Positions 1 through 7,151 of a stretch of 55,632 nt of DNA are shown here, in pieces. The DNA is from an uncultured Gammaproteobacteria bacterium (GTDB taxonomy: Bacteria; Patescibacteriota; Patescibacteriia; SG8-24; DYFX01): assembly GCA_964404275.1 (NCBI GenBank), contig CAYOJH010000003.1:16879-72510 (forward strand), read 5' to 3'. The notes below the pieces were generated by a model, which was not told the DNA's origin, searched no databases, and worked only from the letters and a program-made list of their open reading frames with translations. The first letter of the stretch is position 1. Each line of letters starts with the position of its first letter. Made by a program: the position numbers and the translations under genes.

Positions 1-1
1 T

Positions 2-37
2 TGACGCAAAAACTGACGGCCGTCAGTTTTTGCGTCA
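2..37. terminator. Perfect 36-bp palindrome overlapping the stop of the 35..2116 CDS; bidirectional terminator-like
   Basis: TGACGCAAAAACTGACGGCCGTCAGTTTTTGCGTCA is its own reverse complement. The CTGAC/GTCAG stem is flanked by A5 and T5 tracts. Confidence 0.8.
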
Positions 38-2116
38 CTTGAGCGGCACTTGGTAGATCGCGCCGGCGGAGGTCAGGAGCGAGAGGGCGTGGCCTTTGTC
101 GTCGATGGCGGAGGCGACGAGGTTTTTGAAGGCGGGGGAGGTCAATTGCGCGAGCAGGCGTCCGGTGTTGCGGTCGACTTCGTAGGCGTGGTCGCCGCCT
201 TTGTCGATGAAGACGATGCGGTCGGAATCGGCGGAGGCCCAGAGCGAGGACGCGTTCGTCGGCGCGGGATCGATCGGCGAAGCGGAATAATCCTGCACGG
301 CCGCGCCCTTCAGGTATTTCTGCGTCGAGCCGTCCTTATCGAGGAGATAGACGGCGCCGTCGGTTGCGATGCCGGACGGAGAAGCGGGCGCGGCGCGGAG
401 CACGTCGGATGGCGAGCCGAGATTCTTGGTCGCGACCGAGCGGCGCGTCACGCTGCCGTCTTGCGCGGCGGCATAGAGCCGGCCTTCATAGAAGAGGATC
501 GGGTTGTTTCCGATGCCGGCGGCGTCATACGCCGTCTCTTCGTTCGTGTCCGGATTCCAATAGACCAGCTTGCCTGAGACGCCTTGCAACAGGAAACCTG
601 TGCGCGCGGATGCGGCGGCGAGGATGCCTTCCGGCAGCGAGGCGACGGTCGGATCGGAAGCGGCCGCGCCTTCGCTCGAGAGGACGTGGACGCGGCCGGA
701 GGTGCCGGAGAAGACGTAGAGCTTGTCTCCGAACCAGGCCATGGTCGACGGAGAGAACGAGGCGTCATTCAGCGAGGCGAAGGCGGTCGGGTTGTCGATC
801 AGCGTCACGTGACGCAGCTTTTCGCGGGCCTGATCGATGCCTTGCTTCGCGTCCGCTTTGGTCTTTTTCTGGGCGTCGGTCGCTGTCGGCAGCGCGTCCC
901 AGACCGTGTCCATGCGCGAGAGGAGATCGCGGGAACGGCTTTCGTTGTCGTAGATCATGCCCGCGTCGAAATCGGTTTCGAGCTGCTGCAATTCCGCCAG
1001 CTGCGATTCATACGCTTTGGCCGTCTGCGCGTGGACCTCGTGGCGGATGGAGAAGAGCAGGCCGTGCGCGAAGATCGCGCCGAACGCCACGAGCGCGAAG
1101 AATTGCATGCGGCTCTGCGAGGGCAGGGCGTTCAGGCGATTGATGACGTTCGACATGCAGCGATCCGGCGCGGCTTTGCAGGCGGCGACAAGACGGTCGC
1201 GCTGTTCGCGGTCGGCGATCACGCCGATCAGGCGCGGCAGACGCATCGGCAAGAGCACCAGGCCTTTGATCAGGCGCCAGAGCGCGCGCGCGAGCGTCGA
1301 GAGGCCGCGGCCGATGAACAGGAAGGCGGCGCGCAGGCCTCTCGCGGCCATTTCGCCGACGTCCGGAGTGATCAGCGCGGCCGCGGCGCGCGCGGCTTTC
1401 GGAGCGGCGGCTTTTTTCGCGGCAAGGGGTTTGATCGGGGCGGTGGCGCCATCGGGCAGCGGCGAGCTGAGCGACAGGATCGAAACCGATTTCTGGGCGT
1501 TCCGCAAAGCGGCTTTCACCTCGCGCGAGGCTTTGGCGAAATCGTGCTGGCCGAGCAGGTCTCGGACGTAGGCGTCATCGAGCGACTGGAACAATTCCGA
1601 AGTGGCGATGACGAGCCGCGCGCCGTCGGGAAACGTTCCGACTTGGAGCGACGTGAAGAATTTCGGTTCGACGCTTTTTTCCGGCGTCTCTTCGAAGAGC
1701 GCGTACGACGCGAGGGCGCCCTCCTGCGGAATGTACAACAGGCCGCGCAGCATGCCGCGCGAAGAAACGAACAGCTTTCCTTGCGAGAGCGCCGCCGCCG
1801 CGCCGCGCAATTTGATGCCGGGCAGCGACAAGCCATGCTCGTACAGGAACGCCAGGATCGATTTGTTCGCTTGCTTCAAGGCTGCTTCGAAGCGCGCTTC
1901 CGGCTCGCCTTTCTGGAAAAAAACCGCGCGGAGCTCTTCGCTCAGGCGCTCGCAGAGCTTGTCGACGACGCGTTTGGGCGCATCCGCCGCGAGCATCGCG
2001 AAGAACAGCTCCAAACCGCCTTCCTGCTGGAGCGGCGAGGTCAGAGTCAGGCAGCGCGCGGCGGCTTGCCCCGTTCCTCCGGGCACGTGGATTTCTCCGA
2101 TGCTGATAGGCGCCAT
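35..2116 (-). CDS. Membrane protein: N-terminal degenerate PP2C-like domain, single TM, coiled region, C-terminal beta-propeller (NHL/YVTN-like)
   Basis: 693-aa ORF. PP2C-like pattern (FEAALKQANKSI; DGARLVIATSELFQSL) without the metal Asp residues. TM FFALVAFGAIFAHGLLFSI. C-terminal blades such as PSGIATDGAVYLLD. Confidence 0.7.
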   Translation of the reverse strand: MAPISIGEIHVPGGTGQAAARCLTLTSPLQQEGGLELFFAMLAADAPKRVVDKLCERLSEELRAVFFQKGEPEARFEAALKQANKSILAFLYEHGLSLPGIKLRGAAAALSQGKLFVSSRGMLRGLLYIPQEGALASYALFEETPEKSVEPKFFTSLQVGTFPDGARLVIATSELFQSLDDAYVRDLLGQHDFAKASREVKAALRNAQKSVSILSLSSPLPDGATAPIKPLAAKKAAAPKAARAAAALITPDVGEMAARGLRAAFLFIGRGLSTLARALWRLIKGLVLLPMRLPRLIGVIADREQRDRLVAACKAAPDRCMSNVINRLNALPSQSRMQFFALVAFGAIFAHGLLFSIRHEVHAQTAKAYESQLAELQQLETDFDAGMIYDNESRSRDLLSRMDTVWDALPTATDAQKKTKADAKQGIDQAREKLRHVTLIDNPTAFASLNDASFSPSTMAWFGDKLYVFSGTSGRVHVLSSEGAAASDPTVASLPEGILAAASARTGFLLQGVSGKLVYWNPDTNEETAYDAAGIGNNPILFYEGRLYAAAQDGSVTRRSVATKNLGSPSDVLRAAPASPSGIATDGAVYLLDKDGSTQKYLKGAAVQDYSASPIDPAPTNASSLWASADSDRIVFIDKGGDHAYEVDRNTGRLLAQLTSPAFKNLVASAIDDKGHALSLLTSAGAIYQVPLK

Positions 2117-2117
2117 T

Positions 2118-2146
2118 TTGACCTGTTTTCCACATCAGTATACAAT
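2118..2146 (+). promoter_or_regulatory. sigma70 promoter TTGACC-17-TACAAT for the 2169 operon; DnaA-box-like TTTTCCACA (2126-2134) in the spacer
   Basis: Hexamers and the 17-nt spacer read directly. The box matches TTWTNCACA. Confidence 0.7.
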
Positions 2147-2166
2147 ACCCCCTGTTCGGCGGCCAA
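2138..2166 (-). promoter_or_regulatory. sigma70 promoter TTGGCC-17-TATACT for the 35..2116 gene, overlapping the divergent promoter
   Basis: Reverse complement of 2161-2166 and 2138-2143, with a 17-nt spacer. Confidence 0.55.
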
Positions 2167-2168
2167 CT

Positions 2169-2765
2169 ATGCTTGAACAACTGTTTGGTTCAAAGACCAG
2201 AACGCAGCTTCTCCGGACATTCCTGCAGAATCCCGAAGCCGCTTTTTTCGTCCGCGAGCTGACGCGCCGCCTCGACGTCCAGATCAACGCCATCCGCCAC
2301 GAGCTCAAAAACCTCGAAGGCTTGGGCCTGATCGAGACGGTCAACGTCTCCGAGGGCAAAAAGATCCAGAAGAAGCATTACCGCCTCAAGCAAAACTCCC
2401 TGCTGATCCCGGAGCTGCGCGCGCTGTTCGTGAAGTCGCGCGTGCTGCTCGAGAAAGACATGGTCAAGCGCCTGCAGGCCGTCGGCCGCATCTCGTACTT
2501 CGCGCTGACCGGTCGCTTCGTCGACCGGGCTGAATCGCCGACGGACATCTTCATCGTCGGACGCGTCGATCGGAAAAAGCTTTCGGATCTCGTCCGCAAG
2601 TTCGAACTCGAATTCGGGCACGAGATCAATTTCACCGTTCTCGACGAAGAGGAGATGCGCTACCGCATGGACGTCATGGACCGCTTCCTCTTCAGCGTGC
2701 TCGACGCGCCCAAACTCGTCTTCGTCGACGAGTTTTTCCATTCCGCCCAGCCGGCCGGCGTATGA
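2169..2765 (+). CDS. Winged-helix (ArsR-like) DNA-binding domain fused to a degenerate minimal nucleotidyltransferase fold
   Basis: MLEQLFGSKTR...VRELTRRLDVQINAIRHELKNLEGLGLI (wHTH), then LTGRFVDRAESPTDIFIVG (MNT-like G...DxD with the first Asp lost). Start reassigned from 1602. Confidence 0.7.
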   Translation: MLEQLFGSKTRTQLLRTFLQNPEAAFFVRELTRRLDVQINAIRHELKNLEGLGLIETVNVSEGKKIQKKHYRLKQNSLLIPELRALFVKSRVLLEKDMVKRLQAVGRISYFALTGRFVDRAESPTDIFIVGRVDRKKLSDLVRKFELEFGHEINFTVLDEEEMRYRMDVMDRFLFSVLDAPKLVFVDEFFHSAQPAGV

Positions 2766-3163
2766 GGGCCTTCTTCGGCGCTTCGCGCGGAGGAGGCGTT
2801 CTCGTCTCGCTCTCGCGCGAAGGGAAAATTTTGGCAACGAGCGAAGGCGCGCTGACGGACGACCTGCTGGCGCTCCTCGACGCCGCGCTGAAAAAAGCCC
2901 GCCTCAAGAAAGGCGCGATCGATGAGATCGCGGTCGACCGCGGACCCGGCGGCTTCTCCGCCGTGCGCCGCCGCGTCGCCGTCGCGACGGCGCTCGGACG
3001 CGCCCTGCCGGCCGTCCTGGCCGCCACGGGCGAATGTTCGCCGGAGGAAGCCGCCGCGCTTCCGAAGTCCGCCTTTTCCGCGAAGGCGGCGGTTCATCCG
3101 CTCTATGCGGCCGAACCGAAGATCACCATCAGCAAAAAAAAGAAGACATGGACCGCGCGCTGA
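2762..3163 (+). CDS. tsaB: Short TsaB-like protein (tRNA t6A biosynthesis, N-terminal lobe)
   Basis: IDEIAVDRGPGGFSAVRRRVAVATAL resembles the TsaB GPGSFTGxR motif. Overlaps the upstream stop (ATGA). Confidence 0.65.
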   Translation: MRAFFGASRGGGVLVSLSREGKILATSEGALTDDLLALLDAALKKARLKKGAIDEIAVDRGPGGFSAVRRRVAVATALGRALPAVLAATGECSPEEAAALPKSAFSAKAAVHPLYAAEPKITISKKKKTWTAR

Positions 3164-4677
3164 CCTGGGAGCACTACACGCCCGAACAGAAAAAACGCCA
3201 TCGCCGTCTCGAATTCGTGCCGGCCACGCTCGTCTGGATCACGCTGATCGGCGCGGTGACGTTGTCGTTCGCGGATCCGATTTTGGCGGTCTATTTCATC
3301 ATCGCCTTCGACTTGTATTGGTTCTTCCGCGTGCTCTACTTCGTGATCTTCCTGACGATTTCCTGGCGGCGCCATCGCGGCGCGCTCGACGTCGATTGGG
3401 AAACGCGCTTGGCGGCGACGCCGGGTCATGAACGGCTTCGCCATCTCGTCTTCCTGCCCACCTACAAGGAAGAGCTTGAAATCCTGAGAAACACGTTCCG
3501 CAGCCTGATCGCCGCCAAGGTCGATCCGAAAACGATGATCGTGGTCCTGGCGGGCGAAGAGCGCGCCGGGCGCGAGGCTTTCCTGGCGCGCGCGGAAGCG
3601 ATCCGCGCCGAATTCGGCGAGCGCTTCCTGCGCTTCCTCGTGACCGTGCATCCTTCCGACGTCGTCGGCGAGATCGCCGGCAAGGGCTCGAACCTGCACT
3701 ACGCCGGACCGATTGCGCAGAAGACGATCGACGAATTGGGCATCCCGCATGAAGACGTCATCGTCTCGACCTTCGATGTCGACACGATCGCGCATCCGCA
3801 GTACTTCGCGCATCTCGCCAAGACCTATCTCGACACGCCCGATCGGACCCGCGCCTCGTATCAGCCCGTCGTGCTCTATTCGAACAACATCTGGGACGCG
3901 CCGGCGGTCGTGCGCATCGCCGCCTTCGGCACGACCTTCTGGCTCTTGTCGGAACTCGTGCGTCCCGACCGCCTGTTCACGTTCTCGTCGCACAGCATGC
4001 CGCTCAAGGCGCTGGTCGACGTCGGCTTCTGGCAGCGCGACGTCGTCTCTGAGGATTCGCGCATTTTCCTGCAATGCTTTCTGAAGTACGACGGCGACTA
4101 CCGCGTCGTGCCGCTCTACGTGCCGGTCTCGATGGACGCCGTCATGGCGCCGAAATGGATCGGCAGCCTCGTCAACCTCTACAAGCAGCAGCGCCGCTGG
4201 GCCTGGGGCGTCGAGCATTTTCCGTACTTGATGATCAACTTCAAAGCCAATCCCGCGATCCCGCGGAAGAAGCGCCTGGCGACGCTCTGGAACTTGTCGG
4301 AAGGCATGTACACCTGGGCGACGGCGCCGCTCTTGATCTTCCTGCTCGGCTGGCTGCCGCTCAACATCGCGAAATTCACCGGCCGCTCCGAAATCGTTTT
4401 CCAGAACGCGCCGACGACGCTCCAATGGATCATGACGTTCGCCATGCTCGGCGTCTTCGCCTCGGCGATTTTGTCCTTGCCGCTTCTGCCCAGCCGTCCG
4501 CGCCACAAGAATTTCTACGTCAACTTCGTGATGCTGCTCCAGTGGCTGCTCTTGCCGGTCACCTTCATCCTGTTCGGCGCGATTCCGGCCATCGACGCGC
4601 AGACGCGCCTGTTCCTGGGCCGGCGCCTCGGCTTCTGGGTGACGCCGAAGACGCTGGTCGAAAAGCAAGACGCCTAG
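3148..4677 (+). CDS. Multi-TM processive GT2 glycosyltransferase (cellulose-synthase-like)
   Basis: PTYKEE, FDVDT (DxD), SED and QQRRWAWG (QxxRW) motifs. 2 N-terminal and about 3 C-terminal TM helices. Confidence 0.85.
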   Translation: MDRALTWEHYTPEQKKRHRRLEFVPATLVWITLIGAVTLSFADPILAVYFIIAFDLYWFFRVLYFVIFLTISWRRHRGALDVDWETRLAATPGHERLRHLVFLPTYKEELEILRNTFRSLIAAKVDPKTMIVVLAGEERAGREAFLARAEAIRAEFGERFLRFLVTVHPSDVVGEIAGKGSNLHYAGPIAQKTIDELGIPHEDVIVSTFDVDTIAHPQYFAHLAKTYLDTPDRTRASYQPVVLYSNNIWDAPAVVRIAAFGTTFWLLSELVRPDRLFTFSSHSMPLKALVDVGFWQRDVVSEDSRIFLQCFLKYDGDYRVVPLYVPVSMDAVMAPKWIGSLVNLYKQQRRWAWGVEHFPYLMINFKANPAIPRKKRLATLWNLSEGMYTWATAPLLIFLLGWLPLNIAKFTGRSEIVFQNAPTTLQWIMTFAMLGVFASAILSLPLLPSRPRHKNFYVNFVMLLQWLLLPVTFILFGAIPAIDAQTRLFLGRRLGFWVTPKTLVEKQDA

Positions 4678-4679
4678 CT

Positions 4680-5735
4680 ATGGCCAGGATTTCCGTCCAC
4701 ATCGTCGCCTGGAATCACGCGCGCGTCCTGTCCGACGCGCTCGAATCGCTGCGCGCCCAGACCTTCAAGGATTTCACGCTGACGGTCGTCGACAACGCTT
4801 CGACGGACGGCTCGGTCGACGTCGTGCGCGGCGTCTTTCCCGACGCGACCGTGCTGCGCAATTTCAAGAACCTCGGTTTCAGCCGCGCGCACAACCAAGC
4901 GGTCGAGTTGGCGCGGAATCGCTGGGCCAGCGACGACAAGAAAGGGCTGAGCGCGATCGATCGCTACGTGCTGGTGATGAATCCGGATCTGATCCTGACG
5001 ACGCACTTCCTCGAATACCTGGTGAACGGCGTCGACGGGCGCGCCGAGATCGGCAGCGCGTGCGGCAAGCTGCTCAAGGTCTATCCGCGCGAAGACGAAG
5101 AAAGCGAGCCGAAATTTTCCAACCTGCTCGATTCGGCCGGGCTCAGCATGCGCAAGGATCGCCGCGCCGCCGATCGCGGGGCGGGGGAAACGGATGGGCC
5201 GGCCTACGCCGAACCGGCCGAAATTTTCGGCGCGTCCGGCGCGCTGGCGCTGTATCGCGCCGAAGCGATCGAAGCGCTGCGTGAAGCGGACGGCGAATTT
5301 TTCGACGAAGATTTCTTCGCTTACAAAGAAGACGTCGACGCGGCCTGGCGGCTGCGCTTGCTCGGCTGGAAAGCGGCCTATGTGCCGTCGGCCGTGGCCT
5401 ACCACTACCGCGGCACCGGCGGCTCCGAAAAAGCCGGCCTGTTCGCGCTCTTCCGCCGTCGCCTGGGCCGCTCGCGCCTGGTCAATCATCTTTCGACGCG
5501 CAACCATCTCCTCTTGCTCGCCAAGGACGACGACGCCGTCAATCAGCTGATCCACTTTCCCTGGATCCTCGTCCAGGAAATCGGAAAATTTTTGGCGACG
5601 CTGCTGCTCGCGCCTCGCGCACTCGCGGCCTACGTCGAAGCGTTGAGGCTGCTGCCGAAGATGTGGAAGAAGCGCGCGCTGCTGCGGAAGAAGCGCAAGA
5701 CGTCTCCCAAGGACATTCGGATCTGGTTCACATGA
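4680..5735 (+). CDS. GT2 glycosyltransferase (WbbL/rhamnosyltransferase-like)
   Basis: ISVHIVAWN, VVDNASTDGS, NLGFSRAHN, NPD and FFAYKEDVD motifs. Start 2 nt after the upstream stop. Confidence 0.9.
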   Translation: MARISVHIVAWNHARVLSDALESLRAQTFKDFTLTVVDNASTDGSVDVVRGVFPDATVLRNFKNLGFSRAHNQAVELARNRWASDDKKGLSAIDRYVLVMNPDLILTTHFLEYLVNGVDGRAEIGSACGKLLKVYPREDEESEPKFSNLLDSAGLSMRKDRRAADRGAGETDGPAYAEPAEIFGASGALALYRAEAIEALREADGEFFDEDFFAYKEDVDAAWRLRLLGWKAAYVPSAVAYHYRGTGGSEKAGLFALFRRRLGRSRLVNHLSTRNHLLLLAKDDDAVNQLIHFPWILVQEIGKFLATLLLAPRALAAYVEALRLLPKMWKKRALLRKKRKTSPKDIRIWFT

Positions 5736-6559
5736 GTATGGATGTCTCGATCATCATCGTGAATTACAAAACGCGCGGCATGGTCAAGCAGGGACTCAAG
5801 AGCCTGCGCCGCGCCGGAGTGCGTTTGAATTACGAAGTCTTCGTCGTCGACAACGCCTCGAACGACGGCTTACCGGAACTCGTGCGCGCGGAATTTCCCG
5901 AAGTCCGACTGATCGCGCTTCAAAAGAACGTCGGGTTCGCCGCCGGCAACAATGCAGCGATCAAGAAGGCGAAAGGAAAATACGTCTTCGTACTCAACCC
6001 CGACGCGCTGGTGAATCCCGGCGCGATCGAAGCGATGTTTTCGTACATGGAAGCGCACCCCGAGATCGGCGTGCTCGGTCCCAAGCTCGCGCATCCCGAC
6101 GGCAGCCGCCAGGAATCGGCGCACCGCTTCCCGACGCCCTGGATCCCGGTCTACCGCCGCACGCCACTCGGCACGCTGCCTTCCGCCAAAGAGGAAATGG
6201 ATCGCTATGCCATGCGCGACGTCGCCTTCGCCGCGCCGACGGACGTCGATTGGATCGAAGGCGCCGCCATGTTCGTGCGGCGCGCCGCGATCGACGAGGT
6301 CGGTCTGTTCGACGAGCGCTTCTTCGTGTATTTCGAAGATGCCGACTGGTGCCGCCGCTTCTGGCTGAAAGGCTGGAGAGTCGTCTATCATCCGGGCATC
6401 GAGATCATCCACTACCACCGCCGCGAATCGGCCGACACGCTCTGGTTCCTGGCCCCCTTCACCAACACCGTCGCGCGCATCCACATCATGAGCGCGATCA
6501 AATACTTCGCGAAGTGGAAAGGCCAAGCGCCGCCGGAAAAGAAAAAAGCCGCTCCCTGA
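5732..6559 (+). CDS. GT2 glycosyltransferase (WbbL-like)
   Basis: DVSIIIVNY, VVDNASND, NVGFAAGNN, LNPDA and FFVYFEDADWC motifs. Alternative start at 5738. Confidence 0.9.
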   Translation: MSMDVSIIIVNYKTRGMVKQGLKSLRRAGVRLNYEVFVVDNASNDGLPELVRAEFPEVRLIALQKNVGFAAGNNAAIKKAKGKYVFVLNPDALVNPGAIEAMFSYMEAHPEIGVLGPKLAHPDGSRQESAHRFPTPWIPVYRRTPLGTLPSAKEEMDRYAMRDVAFAAPTDVDWIEGAAMFVRRAAIDEVGLFDERFFVYFEDADWCRRFWLKGWRVVYHPGIEIIHYHRRESADTLWFLAPFTNTVARIHIMSAIKYFAKWKGQAPPEKKKAAP

Positions 6560-6572
6560 TCGGGGGCGGTTT
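6542..6572. terminator. Intrinsic terminator between convergent genes
   Basis: A6-GCCGCTCCC-TGATC-GGGGGCGGT-TT. Confidence 0.6.
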
Positions 6573-6576
6573 GCGT

Positions 6577-7074
6577 TCAGCGGTTCCAGTCTTCGTAGGC
6601 ATAGCGGCCGTCGGCGGATTGGCGCGTGAGGAATCGCTCGACGGGTGCGCAGGGCACGACCGTTTCCCCGCGTTCGTGGCGCGTGGTCAAGACCGCGTAG
6701 CACACGCCGGAAACGCCCGGTTGGATGTCATGGAAGTACCAGATGTGCTCGGTCATCCAGTCGAGCTTGCGATCCAGGTCGGCCGCGACGCTTTCGCACG
6801 GAGCGAGCGCAGCGTGCAGGCCATCGCGGCTGAACGCGACTTCATAGCAGAAGCCGGTGCGCGGTTCCCGGATGAAGTACGTGTCGTCCGTCACGTCATC
6901 CATGAAGTCCTGTTGGGTTGCGGTGAGCGATCTGTACAACATGTGGGCGACGCCGAACCCGCAAAGCGCGCAGGTCGCGATGATCAGGCCGGTGACGATC
7001 GTGCGGAGGCGCGGGCGGGCGGGCGTGACGGCCAGGGCGGGATCGAGAGCGAGACGGGAATCGGTGGGCAGCAC
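6577..7074 (-). CDS. Orphan single-TM protein with two tandem Cys-pair domains
   Basis: GTG start 6 nt after AAAGGA. TM IVTGLIIATCALCGFGVAHML. Repeats YFIREPRTGFCYEV...APCESV and YFHDIQPGVSGVCYAV...VPCAPV. Confidence 0.6.
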   Translation of the reverse strand: MLPTDSRLALDPALAVTPARPRLRTIVTGLIIATCALCGFGVAHMLYRSLTATQQDFMDDVTDDTYFIREPRTGFCYEVAFSRDGLHAALAPCESVAADLDRKLDWMTEHIWYFHDIQPGVSGVCYAVLTTRHERGETVVPCAPVERFLTRQSADGRYAYEDWNR

Positions 7075-7136
7075 GGCGGGTCCTTTCTGTGAGGGAACTT
7101 GGCCAAGTGAAGCATGCCGCGCCCGCTTCGTCAAGG

Positions 7137-7145
7137 TGGTATACT
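7137..7145 (+). promoter_or_regulatory. Extended -10 promoter (TGG-TATACT) 6 nt before GTG 7152; leaderless-type
   Basis: Read directly from the sequence. Confidence 0.6.
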
Positions 7146-7151
7146 GGCCTC

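Noticed and set aside
2126-2134. oriC at either DnaA-box match
   Set aside because: Single boxes in short intergenic gaps, with no cluster, no AT-rich unwinding element, and no dnaA/dnaN nearby.
7089-7151. ORF-track upstream starts (7089, 1602, 3034, 4074, 10545, 31198, 37572, 42110, 46419, 54646 and others)
   Set aside because: The extensions overlap neighbouring genes or promoters and lack family-like sequence. Downstream starts fit the promoter, SD or coupling evidence better.
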